DNA of 64,000 nucleotides, from contig JAOMTZ010000006.1 of NCBI GenBank assembly GCA_028356125.1, positions 3,350 through 67,349 on the forward strand. The letters are read 5' to 3'. Source of the DNA: Candidatus Poseidoniaceae archaeon (GTDB lineage: Archaea > Thermoplasmatota > Poseidoniia > Poseidoniales > Poseidoniaceae). Position numbers and translations under genes: made by a program. Of this stretch, positions 9,426-18,808 are shown piece by piece (positions within the stretch are counted from its first letter, which is position 1; each line of letters begins with the position of its first letter). Under the pieces are notes generated by a model. The model ran no database searches. It saw only the letters and a list, made by a program, of their open reading frames with translations, and was not told the DNA's origin.

Positions 9426-11279
9426 ATGACTGAAGAATATACATCCCACGAGTACGATGTTGTTGTAATTGGAGCCGGAGGTGCTGGATTACGTGCGGCT
9501 ATTGAAGCAGCAAGAAGCGGGGCTAAGACCGCAATTATCACCAAGTCCTTGTTGGGTAAAGCCCACACTGTTATGGCAGAAGGCGGCTGTGCTGCTGCTC
9601 TGCAAAATGCAGATCCTAGAGATGGGTGGGAAGTTCATTTCCACGATACCATGAAAGGTAGCAAGTGGCTTGCTAACTGGCGAATGGCTGAATTCCATGC
9701 AAAAGAAGCTCCAGACAGGGTCAGAGAGTTAGAGCAATGGGGAGCAGTATTCGATAGAACCGATAAGAATCTCATCAACCAGCGTAACTTCGGTGGGCAC
9801 ACATTCCCTCGACTAGCGCACGTTGGAGACGCAACTGGTCTCGAATTGATTCGAACTCTTCAGGAAAGAGGAATTCATGAAGGGATTGACATGTTCACAG
9901 AAGTGACTGTTCGTAGTTTACTCAAAGAAGGCGACAGAGTCACTGGCTGTGTTGCTTACACCAGAGTTGACGGCGAATTCCATGCATTCTCTGCAAAGTC
10001 AGTTGTTCTTGCAACTGGCGGAATTACACGATGCTGGTCGGTATGTTCAGGTTCTTGGGAATATACAGGAGATGGACATGCTCTGGCCCTATGGGCAGGC
10101 GCAGAACTTCGCGATATGGAGTTCGTGCAATTCCACCCAACCGGAATGGTTTGGCCTCCATCTGTTAGAGGGATCCTCGTGACAGAAGGTGTTCGTGGAG
10201 AAGGCGGACGTTTGACAAATTCGAAGGGAGACCGTTTCATGTTCGATTATGTCCCTGAAATGTTCGCAGGTGACCATGCTGCTACTGTTGAAGAATCCGA
10301 TCAATGGGTTGAGGAAGTGGTATCTGGCAAGCTTGCTACAGTTCGCAGACCTCCAGAGTTACTAACTCGTGACGTAGTTGCTAAAGCAATCAACAGTGAA
10401 GTGAAAGCAGGTAGAGGTAGCCCTCACGGCGGAGCATTCCTAGATATCTCACACAGAGGTAAGGAAGCAATTCTTGCTAAGTTGCCTTCAATGCATCACC
10501 AATTCAAGGAATTGGCAGGAGTTGATATCTCAGAAGAGCCTATGGAAGTAGGTCCAACTGCTCACTATGTAATGGGCGGAGTTGTTGTTGATGCTGAATC
10601 TCAAGAAACTACAGTTCCTGGCTTATTTGCTTGTGGAGAAGTTGCGAGTGGACTGCATGGCGCTAACAGATTAGGTGGTAATTCCCTATCCGATCTTATC
10701 GTATTCGGTAAGAGAGCAGGAGAACATGCTGCTAAGCGTTCTACAGACCTTGCTCAACCTGGAATCGATAAATCACAAGTTCAGGCTGCAATCAAGGAAA
10801 TGATTGCGCCACTTGAAAGAGGCGAAGGAGAGAATCCCGGTCTCATCTATGACGAAATGCGTAATATGATGCAAGAAAAGGTAGGAATCATTCGAGTAAA
10901 GGATGAACTAGAACAAGCACTGGCCGACCTCAAGCAATTCTCTCTTAGAGAACAGAGTTGTTTCCCAGGAACAAGCCGTAAGTACAACTCTGGATGGCAC
11001 CAAGCATTGGACCTCAAAAATATGGTCGACATCTCAACAGTCGCTACCTTGGCCGCTCTAACTCGAGAAGAGAGTCGTGGTGGGCACACAAGAGATGACT
11101 TCCCGGGTCACGAAGATGAATTCTGGGGTAACAATTTGAACATCTGTTGGATGGAAGATGGTGAAATTAAGATACGACAAGAACCGATTGAAGAAATGAG
11201 AGATGATCTCAAAGAAACAATCAATGAAGTCAAGTCAATGATTGCTGAAAGAGCAGCAGAACAGGGAGGCGAAAACTAA
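9426..11279 (+). CDS. sdhA: Succinate dehydrogenase/fumarate reductase flavoprotein subunit
   Basis: GAGGAG, covalent-FAD His in KAHTVMAEGG, QFHPT, TEGVRGEGG, HGANRLGGNSL and ESRGGH. GGAGGTG SD precedes ATG 9426. Confidence 0.96.
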   Translation: MTEEYTSHEYDVVVIGAGGAGLRAAIEAARSGAKTAIITKSLLGKAHTVMAEGGCAAALQNADPRDGWEVHFHDTMKGSKWLANWRMAEFHAKEAPDRVRELEQWGAVFDRTDKNLINQRNFGGHTFPRLAHVGDATGLELIRTLQERGIHEGIDMFTEVTVRSLLKEGDRVTGCVAYTRVDGEFHAFSAKSVVLATGGITRCWSVCSGSWEYTGDGHALALWAGAELRDMEFVQFHPTGMVWPPSVRGILVTEGVRGEGGRLTNSKGDRFMFDYVPEMFAGDHAATVEESDQWVEEVVSGKLATVRRPPELLTRDVVAKAINSEVKAGRGSPHGGAFLDISHRGKEAILAKLPSMHHQFKELAGVDISEEPMEVGPTAHYVMGGVVVDAESQETTVPGLFACGEVASGLHGANRLGGNSLSDLIVFGKRAGEHAAKRSTDLAQPGIDKSQVQAAIKEMIAPLERGEGENPGLIYDEMRNMMQEKVGIIRVKDELEQALADLKQFSLREQSCFPGTSRKYNSGWHQALDLKNMVDISTVATLAALTREESRGGHTRDDFPGHEDEFWGNNLNICWMEDGEIKIRQEPIEEMRDDLKETINEVKSMIAERAAEQGGEN

Positions 11280-12046
11280 TGTCACTCAAAGGCAAGAATC
11301 AGAAATTCAAGGTACTTCGTGGAGAAGGCGAAGATGCAGAATTAGAAGAATACGATCTTGAATTGGACGAAGGAATGGTTGTCCTGGATTGTATGCATCG
11401 TATTCAGTATGAACAGGAACCGGACCTCGGAGTTCGCTGGAACTGTAAGGCCGGTAAGTGTGGCTCTTGCAGTGCCGAAATCAACGGCCGTCCTCGCTTG
11501 ATGTGTATGACTCGTATGTCAGATGTTGTCGCTGAAACGCCAGAAGGACAGCCAATCGAAGTACGTCCAATGAAAGCATTCCCGCACATCAAAGATCTAG
11601 TTACAGATGTTTCTTGGAATTATGAAGTCGCTCAGAGGATTAAGCCAATCAAAGGACCGGAAGAGAAAGACTGGGAATTTAATCAGCAAGAAGCTCACAG
11701 AGTACAACAATTCCGTGAATGTATCGAGTGTTTCCTTTGCGTGAACAGTTGCCACGTACTTAGAGACCACCAATTATTCGATGATTTCGCAGGACCAAGA
11801 AATCTTGTAAGATTAGCGCAATATGAAATGCATCCTCTCGATGAAGAAGACCGTATTCCTGAAATTAAGAAGGAGTTTGGAATCGAGTATTGTAACATCA
11901 CAAGATGCTGTACTGAAGTATGCCCTGCAGGAATCCAAATTACTGATGATGCAATTATTCAGTTGAAAGAAAGAGTTGTAGACAGATACTACGATCCACT
12001 TCAGAGAATCTGGAGAAAAATCACTGGAAAGAAAGTTCGAATGTGA
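11279..12046 (+). CDS. sdhB: Succinate dehydrogenase/fumarate reductase iron-sulfur subunit
   Basis: CKAGKCGSC...C, CIECFLCVNSC and CNITRCCTEVC cluster motifs. TAATG overlap with sdhA. Confidence 0.96.
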   Translation: MSLKGKNQKFKVLRGEGEDAELEEYDLELDEGMVVLDCMHRIQYEQEPDLGVRWNCKAGKCGSCSAEINGRPRLMCMTRMSDVVAETPEGQPIEVRPMKAFPHIKDLVTDVSWNYEVAQRIKPIKGPEEKDWEFNQQEAHRVQQFRECIECFLCVNSCHVLRDHQLFDDFAGPRNLVRLAQYEMHPLDEEDRIPEIKKEFGIEYCNITRCCTEVCPAGIQITDDAIIQLKERVVDRYYDPLQRIWRKITGKKVRM

Positions 12047-12070
12047 ACTCCATTTTATGCAGGGATTGCT

Positions 12071-13555
12071 ATGTCTAGCCTAACCAGTTCATCTGTTGAG
12101 GCAACAAATCACTTGAACACCAAACTTGCCAGTCTTTTCAAACCAGGAAACGACCTGCTAGGGTACATTTTAGTCGTATTATCGACAATTCTTTGGTTCG
12201 AGGGAAGCAATTTACGTTCATTGAATATTTTGCTTGTGATAATTGCGATATTCTGGTTAGCGGTGAAACTTCTAACTAAGACAAAACTGTTCAGTAAAAA
12301 AGAATCTGATTTTGCAAAACCTAGTTTCAAAAGAAAATTCAAACTATTGTCCTTCATAATAGTAATTTTAGTTGCATTATTGGTTTTGTCTACAGCAATA
12401 GTAGTCAATTTTGCAGAAGATTTTGGTGCTGAACCTTCTTCGCATGATTCACCAAATTTCGAAGATGGAATTTTTGAAAATCTTAATCCAACCACAATGC
12501 AATCTGACGATGTATCGACTTGGGATTTGTTAGGAGATTACCTAGTTAGTGATGATTGTAGGTCGCCTAATGAGAAGTTACCTTCTGAAAAATTTGAGTT
12601 AATGGATTTAGAAGATGGAGAAATTAGTGTGACGTGGTTTGGGCACTCGACAATTCTGATACGGTCAAATAATCTCAGTATAATTACAGATCCAGTCTTC
12701 AGTGATTCGGGCGCAGGCCCTCTCTCTCTAGGGCCAGAACCTTTCCCTTATGAAAACTCATACAGTCTAGACGACTTACCAAAAATAGACTATGTTTTTA
12801 TTTCTCATGACCATTATGACCATTTAGATATGGACACTGTAAAAGAACTCAAAGATTCAGATTTCTTAGTTCCATTAGGAATTAAAAACCACTTATTGGA
12901 ATGGGATATAGATGAAGAAAACATCCAGGAACTAGATTGGTATGATGAAGTGAATCTGACCGAGGATTTGCAAGCAGCACTTACTCCAGCTCGTCACTTT
13001 AGTGGCAGAGGTTTGAGTGACAGTCACAGCACATTGTGGGGTTCATGGGTCTTTAATTTCAATGACAAAAGTATCTACTTTAGTGGAGATACTGGATATA
13101 TGGATGAATTTGTAAATATCAGCGAGAGATATGGTCCATTTGACCTAGCCTTCTTAGATTCGGGACAATACAATGTTGCTTGGCAGCAGATACACATGTT
13201 ACCTGAAGAGGTTATCCAAGCGGGTATTGATCTAAATGCATCTGTAATTCTTCCGATTCATATTTCCAAGTATGAATTAGCCCTACATCACTGGTATGAG
13301 CCAATGGAATTGGTTTCACAACTTGGTGCAGAGAGAAACCTATCAGTAGCAACTCCATTGCTAGGGAGTACTTTCATCATCGGTGAAGAAATTCCGAATG
13401 ATACTTGGTGGCGGGGAGTTTCAGAATGCACAGAGCCATTTTTAGATGAAAACCCAACTGTGGAATATGTACTTATTTACACGGGAATCATTGGAATATT
13501 GTGGATTGTAATCCCTCGAATAAAGAATAGAAAATCAAATCTTGAAGAAGAATAG
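12071..13555 (+). CDS. Membrane-anchored MBL-fold metallohydrolase (NAPE-PLD/RomA-like)
   Basis: TWFGHST, ISHDHYDHLD, TPARHFSGR, YFSGDTGY, HMLPEE and PIH motifs. About three N-terminal TMs and one C-terminal TM. Confidence 0.85.
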   Translation: MSSLTSSSVEATNHLNTKLASLFKPGNDLLGYILVVLSTILWFEGSNLRSLNILLVIIAIFWLAVKLLTKTKLFSKKESDFAKPSFKRKFKLLSFIIVILVALLVLSTAIVVNFAEDFGAEPSSHDSPNFEDGIFENLNPTTMQSDDVSTWDLLGDYLVSDDCRSPNEKLPSEKFELMDLEDGEISVTWFGHSTILIRSNNLSIITDPVFSDSGAGPLSLGPEPFPYENSYSLDDLPKIDYVFISHDHYDHLDMDTVKELKDSDFLVPLGIKNHLLEWDIDEENIQELDWYDEVNLTEDLQAALTPARHFSGRGLSDSHSTLWGSWVFNFNDKSIYFSGDTGYMDEFVNISERYGPFDLAFLDSGQYNVAWQQIHMLPEEVIQAGIDLNASVILPIHISKYELALHHWYEPMELVSQLGAERNLSVATPLLGSTFIIGEEIPNDTWWRGVSECTEPFLDENPTVEYVLIYTGIIGILWIVIPRIKNRKSNLEEE

Positions 13556-13621
13556 ATTATGCGAATAATTTGTCGAATGATATACCGTTGAGGCAATATA
13601 TCAGGATAGTATACGGCAAAC

Positions 13622-14308
13622 ATGGAGAGAGTAGTTACCAACAAGCGCTTATTTGGAGTTTGTATCTTGAGCGTTTTGATGATGTCATCGCCAGGATGTC
13701 TCGATAATGATGACCCTGCTGAACCAGATCTATCTAATGGCACAGAGGTTACATTGGAGATATACCATGGTTCGAGTTTTGAAGATGCTGAAGCAAACTA
13801 TACTGTCGTCATCACGCTGTATGACGAATTGGTACCACTACATGTTGACAATTTCAAGACACATGCCATCGAGGGGAATTTCGACAATGTTACTTTCCAC
13901 AGAGTAATCGATAATTTCATGATTCAGGGCGGAGACTTCCAGAATCATGATGGAACCGGGGGATATGCTGCAAATTGGTATGGTTATTGCAATGGTCAAG
14001 AAGCAGAACAATCTGAATGTTCATCAGAGGAAAGTTGGACAGTCCCTCTAGAAGCAGACCTTGGTCTTCAACATCTACCTTGTATGGTTTCAATGGCGAG
14101 AACCAACGCTCCAAATTCTGCAGGTTCGCAATTCTTCATAGTACCAGGTGATAGTAATCCTTCACACCTAGATGGTGAGTATTCTGTTTTCGGAGAAGTT
14201 ACAGAAGGTTGTGAACACATAACCACAATCTCTCAAGTGGAAACCGGTCAAAACGATCGCCCGATTCTACCTGTGGTAATACACACTGCTACAGTCGAAG
14301 AGAACTAG
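13622..14308 (+). CDS. Cyclophilin-type peptidyl-prolyl isomerase, probable lipoprotein
   Basis: FHRVIDNFMIQGGD, SMART...SAGSQFFI and HLDGEYSVFGEV. N-terminal signal peptide ends in PGC. Confidence 0.92.
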   Translation: MERVVTNKRLFGVCILSVLMMSSPGCLDNDDPAEPDLSNGTEVTLEIYHGSSFEDAEANYTVVITLYDELVPLHVDNFKTHAIEGNFDNVTFHRVIDNFMIQGGDFQNHDGTGGYAANWYGYCNGQEAEQSECSSEESWTVPLEADLGLQHLPCMVSMARTNAPNSAGSQFFIVPGDSNPSHLDGEYSVFGEVTEGCEHITTISQVETGQNDRPILPVVIHTATVEEN

Positions 14309-14364
14309 TTTGGCTAAGGTCCACAGCAATACAATTGCTGCTGTTTTCAATCATGATGCTTGGA

Positions 14365-15549
14365 TTAAACATCAGATTCTCCAGTTTCAGCATTTGAAAC
14401 CGGTGGTATGTCGAGAAGGGTTCGCTTGACACTCGCTCTCAGTTGTGCTAAGTCTCCGTAACAAATCAATGAATCACGGAATCGCAATTGCAATTCAGGC
14501 TCGGGGTTCCAAATTAGATCACCTGCTCTAGACAAAGCGAAAACTGGCATTTCTCCTTTGAAAATCTCACTTATCGGGGAACCGATTAGATGTGGATGAT
14601 TCCTCAAGTGGACAGAAAGAACGCCTTGGCCAGGTATTGTTTTCAACAATTGGTCCACGTTTACTTCACTGAAATCACATTCAGACAATACATTGTCAAT
14701 AATTGCTCCAGCAACATTCACTCCGCTCGCCTTTTCAATCCCTTCAAGCCCTGGTGATGAATTAACTTCCAAAACCAATGGTCCTTCGTTACCTTCGAGA
14801 AGATCCACTCCTGCAACATTCAATCCTAGAACTCTTGCAGCACGACACGCAACTTCTGCATATTCTTCACTGATTTCCACCTTTTCGACAGTACCGTTTA
14901 GGTGGTAGTTAGAACGGAATTCACGCCCTCTAGCTTTCCTTCTCATAGTGGCAACAACCTTACCGCCCACCACTAGAGCGCGAATATCCTTACCGTGACT
15001 TTCCGCTATGTATTCTTGAATCAGAACGGCTTTACCTGTGACTAACAAGCCTTGAACTAGATTGCGTGTTTCGTGAATTGTATGCCTCAGGAATACGCCT
15101 TGTCCTTGAGTTCCTTGTGTAACCTTGACTACAGCCGGAAGGCCACCAACCGCTTCAATCGCCCTTTCTATGTCTTTCATGTCACGAACATACGCAGTTC
15201 TGGGGGTTGGGATTCTATTTCTTGCTAGAATCTGAGAGGAATGTAATTTATCTCTACTTTGCAAAATACCTTGACTCGAATTGGCAGTCCAAACATCGAG
15301 TTGCTCAAGGTGTCGCAAAACAGAAACACCATGTTTGGTAATCGAGTGACCAATCCTTGGAATCACTGCATCATAATCGAATTTTTGACCCTTGTGCAGA
15401 ATACCAATATCTTGCTCTGCAACGAACAATGAGAATTGCATTGGATCTAATACGGCGACATCAACATCACGCAATCTTGCTTCTTCAACTAAACGTCTTG
15501 TACTGTACAGTCGCGGACCTCGCGACAATACGGCAAGTCTAGTTGTCAT
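14365..15549 (-). CDS. RimK-family ATP-grasp glutamate ligase with C-terminal TrkA-C (RCK_C) domain
   Basis: LAVLSRGPRLYSTRRL, QEYIAESHGKDIR, FRSNYH and EVNSSPGLEGIE. The C-terminal HLIGSPISEI...ALSRAGDLIWNPEPELQLRFRDSLICYG is RCK_C-like. Confidence 0.88.
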   Translation of the reverse strand: MTTRLAVLSRGPRLYSTRRLVEEARLRDVDVAVLDPMQFSLFVAEQDIGILHKGQKFDYDAVIPRIGHSITKHGVSVLRHLEQLDVWTANSSQGILQSRDKLHSSQILARNRIPTPRTAYVRDMKDIERAIEAVGGLPAVVKVTQGTQGQGVFLRHTIHETRNLVQGLLVTGKAVLIQEYIAESHGKDIRALVVGGKVVATMRRKARGREFRSNYHLNGTVEKVEISEEYAEVACRAARVLGLNVAGVDLLEGNEGPLVLEVNSSPGLEGIEKASGVNVAGAIIDNVLSECDFSEVNVDQLLKTIPGQGVLSVHLRNHPHLIGSPISEIFKGEMPVFALSRAGDLIWNPEPELQLRFRDSLICYGDLAQLRASVKRTLLDIPPVSNAETGESDV

Positions 15550-15637
15550 GTTACCAGATGAAAACCTAACCTTTTTCAGTCCTTTGCTAAAAATCGGCAA
15601 TCGTTCAATTCAAGTTCTGAATAGTGATGGCCCGACC

Positions 15638-16657
15638 ATGACCGATGATGTCGCAGAAGAACCAATGGTTGTTTCTGAAGAGGAAGATGTTCCGGAGTTG
15701 ACTATTGAAGAACGTCAAGAGGCACTCAAACGTTCACGATGGAATGTGTTCATGTATCTTGGTTTAGCAGCTCTATTTTTCGGATTTGCATTGTATCCAT
15801 TTATGACTACAGTTCTCTATGTTGACGAAGGAATTGGTTCGATTGACAAGACTATTGATGTATGGGGAATGGATGCTCCAGGTGAAGGATTTTCTGATAT
15901 TGCAGTTGAGATTGAAGTTGTAGTCCAATCAGTACCTACTGATATCGAAAGTATTGATGTTTACATGATAGAGAATCCCCAGGGGTGTGATTCAACAGAT
16001 GGTTCTCTTAACAAAGAGAGATTATTACTTCAGCAAGGAAATTCTAGCCATCCAAATAATTACTACTCAATCGAGAATCCCGTAGAATCGAAAAGTTATG
16101 ACATTGAATTCAATGTAGACCCCGGGATTTATTGCGTTCAGATTGCAGTCAGTAAAACAAATAATCAGAATTTTGAAGGAATCAATGTTGAAACTACAGT
16201 CAACATGTACCCTACTCAATTACCTCTGGCATTAGTGGGAATTGTATGCCTTTCATTGTCTGGCTTTGCGTTTATCGGAGCTCAAAAGAACGGCAAACTC
16301 GTCAAGAGTTTAATCGAACCTAAGGTCGAGCCTTCAATCGAAGAAGCGGTTCTATCTCAGACTTCATCTGAGAAAATAATTGCAGGACCGAGCGGTCCTC
16401 CTGGCGGCCCTACTGGTCCGCCATCTGGCCCATCGGGACCTCCTTCTGGTCCAACAGGGCCTCCTGCACCGGGACCTCAAGGTCCACCGGCTGTAGTTGA
16501 AGAATCTCAACCTGAAACAACCGTAACACCAGACACAGATCAAGGCGTTTATGAAGACCAAGGAGACGGTTGGTACTTCCGTAAGTTGCCAGATGGAACT
16601 TATGACCAGACGGTTTACACTTTCAGTGAAGGACAATACTTACCGCATGTAGAGTAA
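15638..16657 (+). CDS. Two-TM membrane protein with Gly-Pro repeat tail
   Basis: Start at ATG 15638, since the longer ORF overlaps the divergent rimK-like gene. Two TMs flank an acidic loop. Confidence 0.75.
   Translation: MTDDVAEEPMVVSEEEDVPELTIEERQEALKRSRWNVFMYLGLAALFFGFALYPFMTTVLYVDEGIGSIDKTIDVWGMDAPGEGFSDIAVEIEVVVQSVPTDIESIDVYMIENPQGCDSTDGSLNKERLLLQQGNSSHPNNYYSIENPVESKSYDIEFNVDPGIYCVQIAVSKTNNQNFEGINVETTVNMYPTQLPLALVGIVCLSLSGFAFIGAQKNGKLVKSLIEPKVEPSIEEAVLSQTSSEKIIAGPSGPPGGPTGPPSGPSGPPSGPTGPPAPGPQGPPAVVEESQPETTVTPDTDQGVYEDQGDGWYFRKLPDGTYDQTVYTFSEGQYLPHVE
16385..16489 (+). repeat. Intragenic Gly-Pro heptad repeat (GP[S/T]GPP[G/S])
   Basis: Encodes GPSGPPG-GPTGPPS-GPSGPPS-GPTGPPAP-GPQGPP. 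Confidence 0.85.
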
Positions 16658-16729
16658 GATGCTTGAATGGCCCTAAAGGGCCACATCTAGCCCCATCCTT
16701 GAAAGAGGGTGAAGTTCCCGTACTATTCG

Positions 16730-18799
16730 ATGGGTGAGTCTAGTTCGTATGTCTCTTCCTCGCACACAGTGTCCGAATTGAAGGAAATGTGCAAAAAGAA
16801 CGGCCTCTCTGTAACGGGTCGTAAAGCGGATTTAATCGATAGATTGAATCGCCTTTTCAACGAAGATTCAATTTCGCTTGAAGAAGTTGAAACCGTCCCA
16901 TTACCAAAGATCGACGATACTGAGGAAGAGAAAGAGGAACCGCAAGAGGAAGAAGAGGTCCTTGTTGCAGAGTTCATTGAAGCAGAAATCATTGAAGAAG
17001 TCGTAGAGCCGACTCCAAGTGAATATAAATCAACAAATAATTCATTGACTCTTATGGAGCAAATTAAAAATCCCAAAGTAGCAGCAGTAATCTTAGCAAT
17101 TTTAGTTGCATCAGGTGGTTGGTATTGGTATGCAAACAACCAGTTACAGCCTTTCACTGCAGATGATTTGCGTTATGGGGATTCCATGGGTTACACCGTT
17201 CTAAACGGTGATTTAGATGCCACAGAAGGCTACATTGACTTAGTACTGGACAATATCGAAACCGATGAAGAAGATATTTGTCGTCTCCAATTGGAGTTTG
17301 CTGGTAAAGGAACTACTTCGGTTACAGAAGGCAATAGTAACCAATTGGAACTTGAGGATGATGATACACTACTGGGCGCAGTTCAAGCAAAAGGTGCCTA
17401 TGGATTAGATTGGCTAGCAGTTGAAAAAGTACAGACAAGGGATTTTGATTCGCTAACAGTATCTCGATACAAACACAAAATCTTGTCTCCAAATGAATGC
17501 AGCGATATTGCAGCAGGAGTTGGTGGAACTTTAGAATTCAATACCAAATCCTGGACTGAGATTTCAGAAAGAGACATCATCTCTACCGAAGCAGATTGGA
17601 AACTAAATCTAGACGGAGATTACAGACAGGGCACAACTATGTCGTTCGGACTTGGCGGTGTTCTCGGTTTACTCGAAGAGGTCGCACCAGGTGTTGCGAT
17701 TGTAATTTCACCGATAGAGGTTCGAGATATGTTAGGCACTACTCTGATCCAAGAAGGAGCAAATGGCACTCATCTAGGTTGGGAATGGAACGTGATCGGA
17801 CCTGACGAGGTCGGTGGAGAAGAGATGTGGAAAGTCACCTTAGAACATCGAGAAATACGTGACAACTGCTTTGGTAGTGCTAGAATTACAATGTGGGTTG
17901 ACGAGGAGTCTCCTTGGGCTGTAAAGCAGAATGTAGACGTCACAATCTCCGGTGATCAGGCTGACACCTCATCCTGTGGAACATTCAGTGAACAACTTGC
18001 AGATATTGTCCTACCAGAAGGTTCTCTGAGTTTGAAACTGGAAATGTCCCAGGATACTTTGAAGCGCGGCGACAAATTACTTGACATGGGCAGAAGCTAC
18101 TCTTCAGTTCCAAATGCAGGTGCTTATGTTCCAACAACTTCACAATTATCTGATTGGGGCAGTAATGGCCTACATTTACCAGATAATAGCAGTTTGAGGG
18201 CACACACTCTTGAGATGGCTGTTGATTGTATAGATGGTGGTTTTGTAGATGAGGCAGTAGCTGCAACTTCAACCCTTGATGATGGCGGATATATCTGGAG
18301 GGCAAGAGATGGCCCTAGCAATCAGACAGGAGCCACACAATGGAATTTATCCTATGTTAGTGATGTTCCTACTTCGGGTTGGGTTCTAATCGATGTATAT
18401 GGGACGCCTAGTGATCAGAACTGCGACTATCTCCAACACGGAAGTTACGATAACTCGGTAGCGCACAGTCGGAATGATATTCCTTCAGCGCTTAATTTGA
18501 GTATGCTTGAACAAGATTTGGCAGATTCCATGAGGTATCCAAGACTAACCGGTGATGATGGTTTCTTCAATTCAAACGGTGAATACCATTCTACAACAAG
18601 GATCGGGCATCTAATTGTAACTCCTGACGGTGATTATACCGACTGGCTGAATAGTCTAAATTCTGGAGATACTGGTGCAACGACACTAGACCTGACTCGT
18701 TCTTGGCAATCTGGAGAATGGGATAATTCCCTTTCTCTAGCCATGGATGCAACCAATGGGCAAGTTGTAGGTTGGAATTTCATCCAAACACCGATATGA
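16730..18799 (+). CDS. SAP-domain single-pass membrane protein with large extracytoplasmic domain
   Basis: N-terminal TVSELKEMCKKNGLSVTGRKADLIDRL is a SAP motif, followed by an acidic linker, TM VAAVILAILVASGGWYWY and about 550 aa of acidic domain. Confidence 0.8.
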   Translation: MGESSSYVSSSHTVSELKEMCKKNGLSVTGRKADLIDRLNRLFNEDSISLEEVETVPLPKIDDTEEEKEEPQEEEEVLVAEFIEAEIIEEVVEPTPSEYKSTNNSLTLMEQIKNPKVAAVILAILVASGGWYWYANNQLQPFTADDLRYGDSMGYTVLNGDLDATEGYIDLVLDNIETDEEDICRLQLEFAGKGTTSVTEGNSNQLELEDDDTLLGAVQAKGAYGLDWLAVEKVQTRDFDSLTVSRYKHKILSPNECSDIAAGVGGTLEFNTKSWTEISERDIISTEADWKLNLDGDYRQGTTMSFGLGGVLGLLEEVAPGVAIVISPIEVRDMLGTTLIQEGANGTHLGWEWNVIGPDEVGGEEMWKVTLEHREIRDNCFGSARITMWVDEESPWAVKQNVDVTISGDQADTSSCGTFSEQLADIVLPEGSLSLKLEMSQDTLKRGDKLLDMGRSYSSVPNAGAYVPTTSQLSDWGSNGLHLPDNSSLRAHTLEMAVDCIDGGFVDEAVAATSTLDDGGYIWRARDGPSNQTGATQWNLSYVSDVPTSGWVLIDVYGTPSDQNCDYLQHGSYDNSVAHSRNDIPSALNLSMLEQDLADSMRYPRLTGDDGFFNSNGEYHSTTRIGHLIVTPDGDYTDWLNSLNSGDTGATTLDLTRSWQSGEWDNSLSLAMDATNGQVVGWNFIQTPI

Positions 18800-18808
18800 G
18801 GGTTTTAG

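Noticed and set aside
14325-14341. CAGCAAT/ATTGCTG hairpin between convergent genes as a terminator
   Set aside because: The stem is weak, and archaeal termination usually depends on U-tracts, so support is insufficient.
15392-15637. Long N-terminal extensions in the ORF track (also 20192-20296, 33746-33913, 41081-41149, 51230-51331, 52623-52832)
   Set aside because: They overlap neighbouring genes. Downstream starts fit family lengths and SD positions better.
16385-16489. Collagen triple-helix domain
   Set aside because: The period is 7 residues, which breaks the G-X-Y register, and the tract is short.
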